Numbered from the stretch's first letter, positions 19,835-33,320 are shown. The stretch: DNA of 64,000 nt from an uncultured Actinomycetota bacterium (GCA_963743915.1 CAVURN010000002.1:704001-768000); one strand, 5' to 3'. Numbers and translations are program-made. Notes: generated from the sequence alone by a model not told the origin.

Positions 19835-20623
19835 CTAGGTCAGCGGAGTCGGATCGGCTCCGCCGTAGCGGCGGTCACGGGACGCGTACTGCTCGATGGC
19901 GTTCCACAGGTGGCGGCGATCGACGTCGGGCCAGAGCACGTCCATGAAGACCAGCTCGGCGTAGGCGGACTGCCACAGCAGGAAGTTGGAGATGCGCTGC
20001 TCTCCCGAGGTGCGCACGAACAGATCGACGTCCGGCAGGTCGGGCTCGTCGAGGAACCGCGCCACCGTGCGCTCATCGACGCGTGAAGGGTCGAGACGGC
20101 CCTCGGACGCCGCCCACGCGATGGACGCGGCAGCATCGGCGATCTCGGCGCGCCCTCCGTAGTTGACGCACATCGTCAGGGTGAGGACGCTGTTGGCCCG
20201 CGTCAGACGTTCGGCTTCCTCGAGCTCGTCGATGACGCTCTTCCAGAGCCGACGCCGACGCCCCGCCCAGCGCACGCGCACGCCCATCTCGTGCATCTCG
20301 TCGCGGCGCCGCCGGATGACATCCCGATTGAAGCCCATGAGGAAGCGCACCTCGTCCGGCGAACGCTTCCAGTTCTCGGTGCTGAACGCGTAGGCGGAGA
20401 TGTGTTTGACACCGATCTCGATGGCTCCCTCGACGACGTCGAAGAGCGCCGCCTCCCCCGCCTTGTGCCCCTCCGTGCGCGGCAGACCCTTTCCCTTCGC
20501 CCAGCGACCGTTGCCGTCCATCACCACGGCGACGTGACGCGGCACGAACTCGGCGGGGATGGCCGGCGGTCTGACCCCACTGGGATGGGGGTTCGGGGGC
20601 CGTACCGGGGGCCGACGACTCAC
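19835..20623 (-). CDS. uppS: cis-prenyltransferase (undecaprenyl/decaprenyl diphosphate synthase)
   Basis: [41 protein letters not shown]; the GTG overlaps the recO stop. Confidence 0.96.
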   Translation of the reverse strand: MSRRPPVRPPNPHPSGVRPPAIPAEFVPRHVAVVMDGNGRWAKGKGLPRTEGHKAGEAALFDVVEGAIEIGVKHISAYAFSTENWKRSPDEVRFLMGFNRDVIRRRRDEMHEMGVRVRWAGRRRRLWKSVIDELEEAERLTRANSVLTLTMCVNYGGRAEIADAAASIAWAASEGRLDPSRVDERTVARFLDEPDLPDVDLFVRTSGEQRISNFLLWQSAYAELVFMDVLWPDVDRRHLWNAIEQYASRDRRYGGADPTPLT

Positions 20624-21351
20624 GCCCGCTCCACCAGCCGCAACGAGCGCAGTCCCCGCTCGAGGTGCCACTGGGTGTAGGCGGCCACGATGCCCGTGCT
20701 CTGCCTCAGGTGCCGCGGATCGGCGGCGTCGACGAGCTCCCAGTCACCCGTCAGAAGCGCCGACAGGACGCCCAGCGCCTCGGCGCTCACGGTGACCGAT
20801 CCCGGCGGTCGGTCGTCGCTGCAGACCGATCCTCCGGCCTCGACCGACAACCACCGGTGCGGGCCGGAGGCTCCGCATCGGGTGCAGTCCTCGAAACTGG
20901 CCGCGTATCCGGCGACGGCCAAGGAGCGCAGCAGGTAGGCGTCCAGAACGGCACCAGGCTGGTGCTCACCGGCTGCAAGGGCGCGCAGCCCACCCACCAG
21001 CAGCAGGTACTGCTGCACCGCAGGCTCCTTCTCGGCGTCAGTGAGCCGCTCCGCGGTCTCGAGCATCGCCGTACCCGCGGTGTAACGGCCGTAGTCGGAC
21101 GCGATGTCCGCGCCGTAGGCGTCCAGCGACTCGACCTGCGTGACGATGTCGAGCGACCGGCCGGTGTGGAACTGCACGTCGATGCGTGTGAAAGGTTCGA
21201 GACGCGACCCGAACTTCGAGGTGGTGCGGCGTACCCCTTTGCCCACCGCGCGCACGCGGCCGTGGTTGCGCGTGAGCACCGTGACGATGCGGTCCGCCTC
21301 ACCCAGCTTCTGGGTGCGCAGCACCACGCCCTCGTCCCGGTACAGGCTCAC
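20620..21351 (-). CDS. recO: DNA repair protein RecO
   Basis: [30 protein letters not shown], CxxC. Confidence 0.96.
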   Translation of the reverse strand: MSLYRDEGVVLRTQKLGEADRIVTVLTRNHGRVRAVGKGVRRTTSKFGSRLEPFTRIDVQFHTGRSLDIVTQVESLDAYGADIASDYGRYTAGTAMLETAERLTDAEKEPAVQQYLLLVGGLRALAAGEHQPGAVLDAYLLRSLAVAGYAASFEDCTRCGASGPHRWLSVEAGGSVCSDDRPPGSVTVSAEALGVLSALLTGDWELVDAADPRHLRQSTGIVAAYTQWHLERGLRSLRLVERA

Positions 21352-21418
21352 CGGAACATTCTCCCCCGAAGGGGGGCCGGGTGTGGCCGTCGGCCCGGCG
21401 AGTCGACAAGATCGTGCC

Positions 21419-22225
21419 GTGACCACTGAGTTGATGCACCGGATCGAGCAGTACCTCGACGCCGTTCCCCGTGCTCGCGCCGATGCAGAGCAGGTCGGCC
21501 CGTTCACCCTCTTCCGCAGCCGGATCCGCTGGCCGTTCTATGCCCGCCCCTCCCTGGGGTGGACCCCGGGCCACGTGACGGCCGACGACGTCAAGGCCAT
21601 CCGCGACTACCAGTGCGAGCTCGGCCTGCCCGAGAACTTCGAGTGGGTCGCAGAGATCGCGCCCGACCTGGCCACCGCCTGCCGTGACGCCGGCCTGCAG
21701 GTCACCGAGCACCCTCTTCTCGTGCACCACGACCCGCTCGCCGTGCCGGTCCCGGATGGGATCCGTATCCGGCGACTCGACGCTGACGACGACGCCGTTC
21801 CCGCCGGCCAGGTGGTCGCGCAGCTCGGGTTCGCGGCGTCCGGCACTGACGTCGGAGACGCCGGCCCGGCCGAGCGGGACGCCGCACTGCGAGAGCGGCC
21901 GCGAGAGGCGGCCGACGACCTGCGCAGCCTGATCCGCGACGGCTTGTCGGTGTACGTGGTCGCGGAGGACGAGCACGGGGTCCTCTGCGCGGGGGGCCAC
22001 AACCCGGTCGGCGCCGTCACCGAGATCGTCGGGATCGCCACCCTGCCCAGCGCCCGGCGAAGGGGGCTCGGCGCTGCCGTCACGGACACCCTCGTGGCGG
22101 ACGCCGTGCGGCGCGGCATCGAGGTGATCTTCCTCAGCGCCGACGACGAGACGGTCGCCCGGGTGTACGAACGCGTCGGATTCCGTCGGATCGGGACCGC
22201 CTGCGCCGCCGAGCCGCCGGACTAG
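21419..22225 (+). CDS. GNAT family N-acetyltransferase
   Basis: C-terminal [17 protein letters not shown]...VYERVGF. Confidence 0.9.
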   Translation: MTTELMHRIEQYLDAVPRARADAEQVGPFTLFRSRIRWPFYARPSLGWTPGHVTADDVKAIRDYQCELGLPENFEWVAEIAPDLATACRDAGLQVTEHPLLVHHDPLAVPVPDGIRIRRLDADDDAVPAGQVVAQLGFAASGTDVGDAGPAERDAALRERPREAADDLRSLIRDGLSVYVVAEDEHGVLCAGGHNPVGAVTEIVGIATLPSARRRGLGAAVTDTLVADAVRRGIEVIFLSADDETVARVYERVGFRRIGTACAAEPPD

Positions 22226-22274
22226 TTCCCGCCGAATGCGTGCCTGCTGGACGCACTCTGCCCGGTGTGAGCAG

Positions 22275-24071
<1,797 letters not shown>

Positions 24072-24116
24072 CTAGGCCTCGCCGCGGCTGCGAAGGAGCA
24101 GGCGCGCGTTCAGCAT
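24072..24116 (-). CDS. leuA leader peptide MLNARLLLRSRGEA (LEU-element type)
   Basis: ATG CTG AAC GCG CGC CTG CTC CTT CGC AGC CGC GGC GAG GCC TAG; TACACT -10 lies 7 nt before the ATG; the leader 3' end is complementary to downstream CCTCGCCGCGG. Confidence 0.85.
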   Translation of the reverse strand: MLNARLLLRSRGEA

Positions 24117-24188
24117 CCCGACGAGTGTACCCCAGCGGCTCCGGCGCGCATCGACCCTCGGCACGCCGTCCTGGGCTACCGTCGGCGC

Positions 24189-25388
24189 ATGAGTGGTTCG
24201 ACCAGGTCGGCGGACGCCACCGCGCCGCGCGACACCTCCGCCCGCCGCACCGCGCGTGTGGTGGCGGCCACTGTCAGCGACCCCCGGCTGATCCGCACCG
24301 TCGCGTTGGCCGTCATCGGGGTCGTGCTGTTCCTCGAGGTCTTCCACTGGCTCTTCTTCGGCATCCGGCACCTGCTCTTCCTCCTGCTGCTGGCCTGGCT
24401 GTTCGCGATCGCCATGGAGCCGGCTGTCGGCTGGCTCGCCCGCCGAGGGATGCGCCGAGGCGGAGCCACCGGGCTGGTGATGCTCGGCCTGTTCCTGGCG
24501 GTGGTCGCGTTCTCGGCCGTCTTCGGGGCGATCTTCATCGAGCAGGTGGTCAACCTGGTGCAGGCGCTGCCGAGCAACCTCGAGATCCTGATCAACTGGG
24601 TGAACCGGACGTTCAGCACCAACTTCGACCCCACCCAGCTCATCGACGGACTCGAGATCACGCAGGAGCGGGTCGCCGACTGGGCGTCCAAGATCGGTCT
24701 GGGTCTCTTCGGGATCTTCACCTCGCTCGTCGGCGTGGTGTTCGACCTGTTCACGGTGCTGCTCTTCGCCTTCTACTTCTCGGCTCAGGGTCCGGCTCTG
24801 CGGCGCACGGTGGCGTCCTGGGTGCCGCAGAAGAGCCAGCGCGTCGTCAACAAGGTGTGGGAGATCGCGATCGAGAAGACCGGCGGCTACGTCGTGTCGC
24901 GCCTGCTGCTGGCCCTCTTCTCGGCGTTCTTCACCTCGCTCTTCCTGCTCATCCTCGACGTCCCCTTCTGGCTGCCGCTCGGCATCTTCTGTGGTGTGGT
25001 GTCGCAGTTCATCCCCACTCTCGGCACCTACATCGGTGGCGCACTGCCGGCGCTGTTCGCCTTCAGCAGCTCGGTGGTGGACGGGATCCTCGTCATCGTC
25101 TTCGTCATCGTCTACCAGCAGATCGAGAACTACTTCTTCTCGCCTCGCATCAGCAACCGCACGATGAACATCCACCCGGCAGTCGCCTTCGGAGCCGTGA
25201 TCGTCGGTGGAGCACTCGCAGGCGCACTCGGCGCACTGATCGCCATCCCGATCGTCGCCAGCATCCAGGCGATCATCGAGACCTACGGTCGCCGGTACGA
25301 GCTCATCCCCGAGATCGTGCACCACCCCGACGACCCGGACGCGCCTCCCCCACCCGAGGGGATGGTGGACGAGCCCACTCCCGCGTGA
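24189..25388 (+). CDS. AI-2E family transporter
   Basis: Multiple TMs; IPTLGTYIG, YQQIENY, HPAV..GALGALIAIP. Confidence 0.93.
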   Translation: MSGSTRSADATAPRDTSARRTARVVAATVSDPRLIRTVALAVIGVVLFLEVFHWLFFGIRHLLFLLLLAWLFAIAMEPAVGWLARRGMRRGGATGLVMLGLFLAVVAFSAVFGAIFIEQVVNLVQALPSNLEILINWVNRTFSTNFDPTQLIDGLEITQERVADWASKIGLGLFGIFTSLVGVVFDLFTVLLFAFYFSAQGPALRRTVASWVPQKSQRVVNKVWEIAIEKTGGYVVSRLLLALFSAFFTSLFLLILDVPFWLPLGIFCGVVSQFIPTLGTYIGGALPALFAFSSSVVDGILVIVFVIVYQQIENYFFSPRISNRTMNIHPAVAFGAVIVGGALAGALGALIAIPIVASIQAIIETYGRRYELIPEIVHHPDDPDAPPPPEGMVDEPTPA

Positions 25389-25395
25389 CCGTGGG

Positions 25396-26313
25396 TCAGT
25401 CGAAGCCGAGGCGGCGTAGCTGCTTGGGGTCGCGCTGCCAGTCCTTGGCCACCTTCACGTGCAGGTCGAGGAAGATCGGGACGCCGAGCAGCTGCTCGAT
25501 GTTCCGTCGCGCGGTCTTGCCGACGTCTCGCAGCCGTGATCCCTTGTGCCCGATGATGATCGCCTTCTGACTGGATCGTTCGACGTACACGGTGGCGCGC
25601 ACGTCGGTCAGGGGTCTGTCGGCGGGACGTCCTTCACGCGGCACCATCTCGTCGACGACGACGGCGATCGAGTGGGGCAGCTCGTCGCGGACGCCCTCCA
25701 GAGCCGCCTCACGGATGAGCTCGGCCACCCGGATGTCCTCCGGCTCGTCGGTCACCTGCCCCTCCGGGAAGAACGCCTCGCCCTCCGGCAGCAGGCCGAT
25801 CAGCAGGTCGATGAGCAGATCGACCTGGTCACCGGTCAGGGCGGAGACGGGGACCACCTCGTCCCACGTGAAGCCGTTCTGTTCAGCGAGTTCCGCCACC
25901 GCGGCGAGGTGGGCGAGCATCTGCTCAGGACGCACGAGGTCCGCCTTGGTGACGACTGCCACCTTCGGCGCGCGCTGCATGCGCGCCGCCTCAGCGGTGA
26001 CACGTCGGTCGCCTGGACCGATCTCCTCGTCGGCAGGCAGGGTCACGGCGATCACGTCGACGTCGGTCAGGGCATGCCGCACCTCGTCGTTGAGACGTTG
26101 GCCGAGCAAGGTGCGGGGCTTGTGCAGGCCCGGCGTGTCCACCAGGACGAGCTGCCCACCCGCGCGATGGACCACTCCGCGGATGACGTGCCGCGTGGTC
26201 TGGGGGCGACTCGAGGTGATGGCCACCTTCTCGCCAGTCAGGGCGTTGACCAACGTCGACTTGCCGGTGTTCGGGCGTCCCACCACCGAGACCAGCCCCG
26301 ACCGATAGCTCAC
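25396..26313 (-). CDS. era: GTPase Era
   Basis: GRPNTGKST, PQTTR, DTPG, ELPHS, KH domain IIIGHKG. Confidence 0.98.
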   Translation of the reverse strand: MSYRSGLVSVVGRPNTGKSTLVNALTGEKVAITSSRPQTTRHVIRGVVHRAGGQLVLVDTPGLHKPRTLLGQRLNDEVRHALTDVDVIAVTLPADEEIGPGDRRVTAEAARMQRAPKVAVVTKADLVRPEQMLAHLAAVAELAEQNGFTWDEVVPVSALTGDQVDLLIDLLIGLLPEGEAFFPEGQVTDEPEDIRVAELIREAALEGVRDELPHSIAVVVDEMVPREGRPADRPLTDVRATVYVERSSQKAIIIGHKGSRLRDVGKTARRNIEQLLGVPIFLDLHVKVAKDWQRDPKQLRRLGFD

Positions 26314-26335
26314 CGGGTGATCCTAGGCTGCCCCC
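26314..26335. promoter_or_regulatory. Bidirectional leaderless promoter candidate (overlapping -10 hexamers)
   Basis: Plus-strand TAGGCT (26324-29) is 6 nt before the ATG at 26336; minus-strand TAGGAT (26325-20) is 6 nt before the GTG at 26313. Confidence 0.65.
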
Positions 26336-26824
26336 ATGCAGATCCGTCCCGCCACCGCCGCCGACTGGCCGGCCATCTTCCCGATCTTCCACGCCATCGT
26401 CGAGGCCGGTGAGACGTACGCCTACCCCACCGGGCTCAGCTCGGACGCGGCACGGGACCTGTGGCTGGAGCCTGCCCCCTGGCACGTCGTGGTCGCCGTC
26501 GATGACGACGGAAGGGTCCTCGGGACGGCCAAGGCAGGTCCCAACCGCCCGGCGCGGGGATCCCACGTCGCCACGGCGAGCTTCATGGTCGATCCCGGTG
26601 CACAGGGCGGCGGGGTGGGCCGCACCTTGGCGGTCCACGTCGTCGACTGGGCCACCCGAGCCGGGTACCACGGGATGCAGTTCAACGCGGTCGTCGAGAC
26701 GAACACGGCCGCGGTGGCACTCTGGCAGTCGCTCGGCTTCGAGGTCATCGGCACCGTGCCCGAGGCCTTCGACCACCCGACGGCTGGCCTCGTCGGGCTG
26801 CACGTCATGTATCTGCGGCTCTAG
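26336..26824 (+). CDS. GNAT family N-acetyltransferase
   Basis: MQIRPAT, GETYAY, SHVATASFMV..QGGGVG, MQFNAVV.TN..AV.LWQSLGF. Confidence 0.93.
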   Translation: MQIRPATAADWPAIFPIFHAIVEAGETYAYPTGLSSDAARDLWLEPAPWHVVVAVDDDGRVLGTAKAGPNRPARGSHVATASFMVDPGAQGGGVGRTLAVHVVDWATRAGYHGMQFNAVVETNTAAVALWQSLGFEVIGTVPEAFDHPTAGLVGLHVMYLRL

Positions 26825-26878
26825 CCATCGGTCGAACCGGTCCTGGTGCAGACGCGGACGCACCGGGCGGGCGTGGTG

Positions 26879-27217
26879 TCATGTCCGGGACGCGTGCACC
26901 GCACCCTGAGCGTCCACGGCGAGCACGCGCACCCCGACGCCCCCCAGGTCACGGACCGCCGCCGCCCCGTCGGCGTCCACTCCACCGTCGTCGACGACGA
27001 GAAGGGCTGCCTCCACCCCCCGCGCTCCAGCGGCGACGGCCTGCGCGACCGCCGCCTGCAGGGCCGACAGGTGGAGCGAGGGCAGCGTCACCGAGGCGGA
27101 CGCGTAGGTGCGCCCGGTCTCGTCACGGAGCGCAGCACCCTCAGGAGCACCGACGCGACCGCGCGCGCCCCGGGCCAGCGTGAGCAGCTTCTCGTCCTCG
27201 GCGTCCAGCTCAGTCAT
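26879..27217 (-). CDS. Cytidine deaminase-fold protein lacking zinc ligands
   Basis: EGAALRDETGRTYA resembles the Cdd N-terminus and the gene sits at the cdd position, but the ORF has no Cys, HxE/CxE or PCxxC. Confidence 0.8.
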   Translation of the reverse strand: MTELDAEDEKLLTLARGARGRVGAPEGAALRDETGRTYASASVTLPSLHLSALQAAVAQAVAAGARGVEAALLVVDDGGVDADGAAAVRDLGGVGVRVLAVDAQGAVHASRT

Positions 27218-28526
27218 CGCCGTCTCCCTCCGGGCCTTCCTGCGGCGGCAGCTCCAGCGGCGTCACCAGCACCGTCCCGACCCGGTTACGTCGTCCGGTG
27301 GCTGACTCGGCGACAAGACGCAGACCCGACACGTCGACCGTGGCTCCGGGGATCGGCACCCGGCCGAGCCGCTTGGCCAACAGCCCGCCCACGGTGTCGA
27401 CGTCCTCGAGGTCCTCGGGGTCGAGCACCAGGTCGTAGTGGTCGGCCAGCTCGTCGACGTGCACCCGCGAGCTGACCCGCAGCGCTCCGTCGGGGAGCTC
27501 CTCGATGGCGGGACGCTCAGTGACGTCGTACTCGTCGGCGATCTCGCCCACGATCTCCTCGAGGATGTCTTCGATGGTGACGAGTCCGGCAACACCCCCG
27601 TACTCGTCGACCACCACAGCGATGTGGGTGCGTCTTGCCTGCATGTCACGCAGCAGGTCGTCGGCGGAGCGACTGTCAGGGACGAAGAAGGCCGATCGCA
27701 TGACGGATTCGACCTTCTCGGTCGACTCCGCGTCACGGTGGTCGAACGCCCGCTTGGCGACGTCCTTGAGGTAGACGATCCCCACGACATCGTCCTCGTT
27801 GTCACCGATGACGGGGATGCGGCTGAACCCGCTGCGCAACCCGAGGGAGAGTGCCTGACGCAAGGTCTTGTGGCGCTCGATGAAGACCATGTCGGTCCGC
27901 GGCACCATCACCTCTCGGGCCAGCGTCTCTCCCAGCTCGAACACCGAGTGGATCATCTCGCGTTCGTCCGCGGCGATCAGCGACCGCTCCTCGGCCAGGT
28001 CGACCAGGTCCCGCAGCTCAGCCTCACTGGCGAACGGTCCGTCGCGGAAGCCACGCCCCGGCGTCAGGGCGTTGCCGATCAGGATCAGCAGCTTGGTGAG
28101 TGGCGCAAGCACCGTGGCAAGTCGGTAGACGGTCGGCGCGGTGACCAGGGCGATGCGCGCGGCATGCTGGCGACCCAAGGTCCTGGGTGCCACGTTGACC
28201 ACGACGTAGTCGACGACGACCATCACCGATGCCGAGACGAGCACCGCCTGCCAACGGTCAGCAAAGGCATCAAGTGCGACGAGCGTCACGAGAATGGTCG
28301 CGGTGATGCGCGCGACCGCCCGCAGGAAGAGCGCGACGTTGATGTAGCGCGCGGGGTCGAGAACCACGCGTCGCAACGCCTCGGCACCGCGCCGCTCCGC
28401 ACGTTCGTAGGCCTCGACGCTCACCCTCGACACCCGGTTGATCGCCACGTCGGCAGCGGACAGCACACCTGCCACCGCCACCAGCGCCGTGGCAGCGACC
28501 AGCAGCCAGAAGTCGGTGGCCGTCAC
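27210..28526 (-). CDS. Hemolysin/CNNM family protein (DUF21-CBS-CBS-CorC)
   Basis: N-terminal TMs, [38 protein letters not shown]. Confidence 0.95.
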   Translation of the reverse strand: MTATDFWLLVAATALVAVAGVLSAADVAINRVSRVSVEAYERAERRGAEALRRVVLDPARYINVALFLRAVARITATILVTLVALDAFADRWQAVLVSASVMVVVDYVVVNVAPRTLGRQHAARIALVTAPTVYRLATVLAPLTKLLILIGNALTPGRGFRDGPFASEAELRDLVDLAEERSLIAADEREMIHSVFELGETLAREVMVPRTDMVFIERHKTLRQALSLGLRSGFSRIPVIGDNEDDVVGIVYLKDVAKRAFDHRDAESTEKVESVMRSAFFVPDSRSADDLLRDMQARRTHIAVVVDEYGGVAGLVTIEDILEEIVGEIADEYDVTERPAIEELPDGALRVSSRVHVDELADHYDLVLDPEDLEDVDTVGGLLAKRLGRVPIPGATVDVSGLRLVAESATGRRNRVGTVLVTPLELPPQEGPEGDGDD

Positions 28527-28972
28527 CGAGCCGCCCACCCACTCAGCAGACGTGCCTGGAGCCCGAACATCTCGCGCTCCTCCTCCGGCTCGTGGTGGTC
28601 GTAGCCCAACAGGTGGAGAACGCCGTGCGCGCAGAGCAGTCGCAGCTCGGCGGCAGTGTCGTGGCCGGCATCCCGCGCTTGGGACGTCGCGATCGTCGGG
28701 CACAGGACGACGTCACCCAAGAGCCCGGGCTCCGATCCGTCCTCGTCCTCGAGCGGGCGAAGGTCGTCCATGGGGAAGGCCAGGACGTCGGTCGGACCGG
28801 GCTCGCCCATGAACTTCTCGTGCAGAGAGGTCATCGTTCCCTCGTCCACGAGCATCACCGACAGCTCGGCTTGAGGATGGATCCCCATCTCGTCGAGCAC
28901 GTACTGGGCGAGGGCAGAGAGCTCGAGCTCGTCGACTGCGGACCCCGACTCGTTGTTGACCGCCACCGTCAT
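28523..28972 (-). CDS. ybeY: rRNA maturation RNase YbeY
   Basis: [26 protein letters not shown]. Confidence 0.97.
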   Translation of the reverse strand: MTVAVNNESGSAVDELELSALAQYVLDEMGIHPQAELSVMLVDEGTMTSLHEKFMGEPGPTDVLAFPMDDLRPLEDEDGSEPGLLGDVVLCPTIATSQARDAGHDTAAELRLLCAHGVLHLLGYDHHEPEEEREMFGLQARLLSGWAAR

Positions 28973-29976
28973 CGGGAGCCTCGCGGATGCCGCGGCTTCG
29001 GCTCGGGGGCGGTCTCGTCGAACCGCTGATAGGCCTCGACGATGTCACTGACCAGTCGGTGCCGGACGACATCGCGCGCGGTCAGCTGGGTGAAGTGCAC
29101 GTCGTCGATGCCCTCGAGAATCCCGCGGACGACCTTCAGTCCGCTGGCAGTACCGCCCGGAAGGTCGATCTGGGTGATGTCACCGGTCACGACCATCTTC
29201 GAGCCGAAACCCAGCCGGGTGAGGAACATCTTCATCTGCTCGGGCGAGGTGTTCTGAGCCTCGTCCAAGATGATGAACGCGTCGTTGAGGGTCCGTCCCC
29301 GCATGTACGCCAGCGGCGCGACCTCGATGGTGCCCTCGGTCATGAGCCGCGGGATCGACGACGGCTCCATCATGTCGTGCAAGGCGTCGTAGAGCGGGCG
29401 GAGATACGGGTCGATCTTCTCCGACAGGGTTCCCGGCAGGAACCCGAGCCGCTCACCGGCCTCGACGGCGGGTCGCGTCAGGATGATCCGGGTGATCTCC
29501 TTGGCCTGCAGCGCCTGCACGGCCTTCGCGACTGCCAGGTAGGTCTTGCCGGTTCCTGCCGGACCGACCGAGAACGTGATCGTGTTCTTGTCGATGGCGT
29601 CCACGTACCGCTTCTGGTTGAGCGTCTTGGCCGTGATGGTCTTGCCGCGGTTGCTCAGGATGTTGTGGGTGAGCACCTCCGCGGGTCGCTCCTCCTCACG
29701 GTCGCGGAGCATCGCCACCGAGCGACCCACTGCCTCGACGGTCAGGCCCTGGCCCGTCCGGAGCACCGCGACCATCTCGTCGATGAGCTGCTCGACGAGT
29801 GCGACCTCCGACGACGGACCGGAGAACCGCATCTCGTTGCCGCGGACGTGGATCTCGACCTCGGGGAACTGTGACTCGACCTCGCGGAGCAGCATGTCGC
29901 CGGAGCCCAACAGGCTGACCATGTCGAGGCTGCTCGGCACCACCACTCGGTGCTCGGTCTGCGTGCTGTCTGCCAT
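28969..29976 (-). CDS. phoH: PhoH-family ATPase
   Basis: [34 protein letters not shown]; alternative start at 30033. Confidence 0.96.
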   Translation of the reverse strand: MADSTQTEHRVVVPSSLDMVSLLGSGDMLLREVESQFPEVEIHVRGNEMRFSGPSSEVALVEQLIDEMVAVLRTGQGLTVEAVGRSVAMLRDREEERPAEVLTHNILSNRGKTITAKTLNQKRYVDAIDKNTITFSVGPAGTGKTYLAVAKAVQALQAKEITRIILTRPAVEAGERLGFLPGTLSEKIDPYLRPLYDALHDMMEPSSIPRLMTEGTIEVAPLAYMRGRTLNDAFIILDEAQNTSPEQMKMFLTRLGFGSKMVVTGDITQIDLPGGTASGLKVVRGILEGIDDVHFTQLTARDVVRHRLVSDIVEAYQRFDETAPEPKPRHPRGSR

Positions 29977-30042
29977 GGGGGACCCGGTACTCGGGTGCGC
30001 CACCTCTCGGTCTCGGGGCTCGGTCGACTCCATGCTAGGCGG

Positions 30043-30387
30043 TCACCCCGGGGGCCAGCCCAGATCGCGTCCCGCGAGCACGTGCACGTGCACGTGGAAG
30101 ACCGACTGCCCGGCGGATGCCCCGGTGTTGAGCACCAGACGGAACTGTTCATGTCCCAGGTCGGCCGCCACGGCGGCCGCGTCCGCCATCAGCCGTCCCG
30201 CCAGGGCGGGGTCGTCCGCGCTGAGCGTGGCGATGTCGCGGTGGTGCTGCTTCGGCACGACGAGCACGTGGGTCGGCGCCTGGGGGTCGATGTCGCGCAG
30301 AGCCAGCGTGTCGTCGGTCGTCCGCACGACGTCCGCGGGGATGGTTCCCGCCACGATCCGGCAGAACAGGCAGTCAGGGTCGGTCAT
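30043..30387 (-). CDS. HIT-family nucleotide-binding protein
   Basis: CLFCRI and GQSVFHVHVHVL histidine triad. Confidence 0.96.
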   Translation of the reverse strand: MTDPDCLFCRIVAGTIPADVVRTTDDTLALRDIDPQAPTHVLVVPKQHHRDIATLSADDPALAGRLMADAAAVAADLGHEQFRLVLNTGASAGQSVFHVHVHVLAGRDLGWPPG

Positions 30388-30417
30388 CGGCAGTCCTCCT
30401 CGTGGTCCAACCCGAGC

Positions 30418-31167
30418 CTAGGCCCGCCAGGACGCCGTGCGCCCCAGTACCAGCGATGCCGCGACGACGCCCGCCGTCGACGTGCGGAGCACGGTGGGCC
30501 CCAGTCGGACGCCGGGCGCACCGGCCGCGGCGAAGCGTGCGAGCTCGTCGTCACTGAGCCCACCCTCGGGGCCGACGACCAGGACGACCGACCCGACGTC
30601 GGGGAGCGCTGCCCCGTCCGTCGCGGTGGCCAGCGTGACCGACGCCCCCTCGTGCAGCACCCAGGCGACGTCTGCGTCGGCCAGCAGCTTCACCACGGTC
30701 TTGGTGTCCGCAACATCGGAGACCTGCGGCCACCAGGTGCGGCGCGACTGCTTCGCGGCCTCGCGGGCGACCGACGCCCACTTGGTGCGACCTCGCTCGA
30801 TCTTGTCACCCTTCCAGCGGCTGACGCACCGCTCGGCCTGCCAGGGCACCACGATGTCCACCCCTACCTCGGTGAGCAGCTCGACAGCCAGCTCACCGCG
30901 GTCGCCCTTGGGCAGGGCCTGCACGACGGTCAGCGACAGCCCCCGTGAGGGTTCACGTCGAACGTCGAGCACCGCACAGGTGACCGCACCGCGTCCGACC
31001 TCACGGACCTCTGCCTCCAGCGCCGTACCGCGTCCATCGGTCAGGACGATCCGCTCGCCCACCCGCACCCGCCGTACGTCAGCAGCGTGGTGGCCCTCAG
31101 CCCCGGACAACGTGCAGGTGGAACCGACGGAGGCGGCGTCGGCCAGGTAGAAGACGGGGCGGCTCAC
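30418..31167 (-). CDS. rsmE: 16S rRNA (uracil1498-N3)-methyltransferase
   Basis: HHAADVRR, EAAKQSRR, VGPEGG, LRTSTAG. Confidence 0.96.
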   Translation of the reverse strand: MSRPVFYLADAASVGSTCTLSGAEGHHAADVRRVRVGERIVLTDGRGTALEAEVREVGRGAVTCAVLDVRREPSRGLSLTVVQALPKGDRGELAVELLTEVGVDIVVPWQAERCVSRWKGDKIERGRTKWASVAREAAKQSRRTWWPQVSDVADTKTVVKLLADADVAWVLHEGASVTLATATDGAALPDVGSVVLVVGPEGGLSDDELARFAAAGAPGVRLGPTVLRTSTAGVVAASLVLGRTASWRA

Positions 31168-32272
31168 CGGCCGTTGAACGCGTCCTTCAGGCGCGAGAAG
31201 AGTCCTTGCTGACCCGCGGCGAACTGGCCGGCCGGCTTCTCCTCCCCCCGCAGGTGCGCGAGCTCGGTGAGCAGCTGCTGCTGCTGCTCGTCGAGCTTGG
31301 TGGGTGTCTCGACGCTCACGTGGACGATCACGTCGCCGCGCGAACCGCCCCGCGCAGCTGCGGGACACCTTGGCCGAGCAGGGGGATCTGCTGACCGGAC
31401 TGCGTGCCGGGGCGGATGTCGACCTCGGTGACGACGCCGTCGAGCAGCTCGAGCGGGATGCTCGCACCGAGGGCGGCCGCGGTCATCGGGACCGTCACCG
31501 TGCAGTGCAGGTCGTCGCCACGGCGGGCGAACGTGGGGTGGTCGAGCACCAGCACCTCGAGGTAGAGGTCGCCCGGGTCTCCCCCGCCGAAGCCGACCTC
31601 GCCCTCTCCGGCGAGCTGGATGCGGGTGCCGGTGTCGACACCGGGTGGGACCTTGACGGTGAGCGTGCGACGCGTCTGGACGCGGCCGTCACCGGAGCAC
31701 TCCGGACACGGGTGCGGGATGGTGATGCCGAACCCGTGGCACTGAGGGCAGGGGCGGGACGTCATGACCTGGCCGAGGAACGACCGCTGGACCTGCTGGA
31801 TGTCTCCGCGCCCGCCGCACATGTCACACGTGACCGGCTGCGTGCCGGCCGCTGTCCCGGCACCCTCGCAGGTGCTGCACCGAACGGCGGTGTCGAGGGT
31901 GAGCTCACGGCTCGCGCCGAACGCCGCCTCTGCCAGCTCGAGGTCGATCTGGATGAGCGCGTCCTGACCCCGACGGCGACGGGGACGAGGCCCACGCTGC
32001 TGTGACTGACCGAAGAACGCGTCCATGATGTCGCCGAAGCCGAAGCCCGCGCCCCCACCGGCGAACGCGGCGCCGTCCATCCCGAGGTCGTACCGCTGCC
32101 GCTTCTGCGGGTCGGACAGCACTTCGTAGGCGGCAGCGATCTCCTTGAACTGGTCCTCAGCCTCGGGATTGACGTCCGGGTGCAGCTCGCGCGCCAGCTT
32201 GCGGTAAGCCCGCTTGATGTCGTCCGGGGACGCGTCGCGCGCCACTCCGAGCGTGGCGTAGTGGTCGCTCAC
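31164..32272 (-). CDS. dnaJ: Chaperone DnaJ (apparent 1-nt deletion near 31350)
   Basis: J domain HPD and four CxxCxGxG repeats. Adding one G in the run restores RGDVIVHV...[13 protein letters not shown], whose stop overlaps the rsmE start. Confidence 0.95.
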
Positions 32273-33284
32273 GACGACTCCTCCAGGATGCGTCCGACGT
32301 ACTGCGCCACGGCTCGCACCGCCCCGATCGTGCCGGGGTAGTCCATGCGGGTCGGGCCGATGACTCCGAGGTGACCGACACCGTCGGTGCCGTAGCTGGA
32401 GCTGACCAGGGACGTCGACGACAGACCCTCCACCGGGAGCTCGCGTCCGATGCGCACGCTGACCTGGCTGGGTGCGGTCGCCTCGCCGAGCAGCCTGAGC
32501 AGCACCACGTGCTCCTCGAGCGCCTCGAGCACCGGCTGGATGCTGTGCGGGAAGTCGGTGCCGAAGTGCGCCAGGTTGGCCGTGCCGGCCAGCATGACGC
32601 GCTCTTCGCTGGCCTCGGCGAGCGACTCGACCATGGTGGCGAGGATCGCGGCGACCGCCGGGCGCACCTCGACCGGCAGCGCGGACGACACCTGCTCGGC
32701 CAGGTCGGGGATCTCCGACAGCAGCCTGCCGTCGACCGCCTCGTTGATCCGGTTGCGCAGCTCGGCGACGGTGCTCTCGTCGAGGTCGCCGGCGACGTCG
32801 AGGATGCGCTGCTCCACGCGCCCTGTGGTGGAGATGACCACGACCATCAGTCGTCGCGGGCCGAGGGCGACGATCTCGACATGACGCACCTGTGACCGGG
32901 TCAGCGACGGGTACTGCACGACCGCCACTTGACCGGTGATCTGCGCCAGCAGGCGCACGGTGCGCAGCACGATGTCGTCGAGGTCGAGCGCGCCCTCGAG
33001 GAAGGTGTTGATGGCTCGACGCTCAGCCGCCGACAGGGCTTGACGGTGGCGAGCCGGTCGACGAAGAGCCGGTACCCGGTGTCGGTCGGGATGCGGCCGG
33101 CGCTGGTGTGGGGGTGGGTGATGTAGCCCTCGTCCTCGAGCATCGCCATGTCGTTACGGATCGTCGCGGGCGAGACGCCCAGCGCGTGCCGCTCGGCCAG
33201 GGCCTTGGACCCGACCGGCTCGCGGGTGGACACGTAGTCCTCGACGATGGCGCGCAGCACCGACATCTTGCGCTCGTCGAGCAT
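32269..33284 (-). CDS. hrcA: Heat-inducible transcription repressor HrcA (apparent 1-nt deletion near 33038)
   Basis: [30 protein letters not shown] and HTSAGRIPT in one frame; [10 protein letters not shown] in the next. Confidence 0.95.
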
Positions 33285-33320
33285 GGCCACCTCCGGTCGG
33301 GCGTTTGGCCGGTCCGCGGT

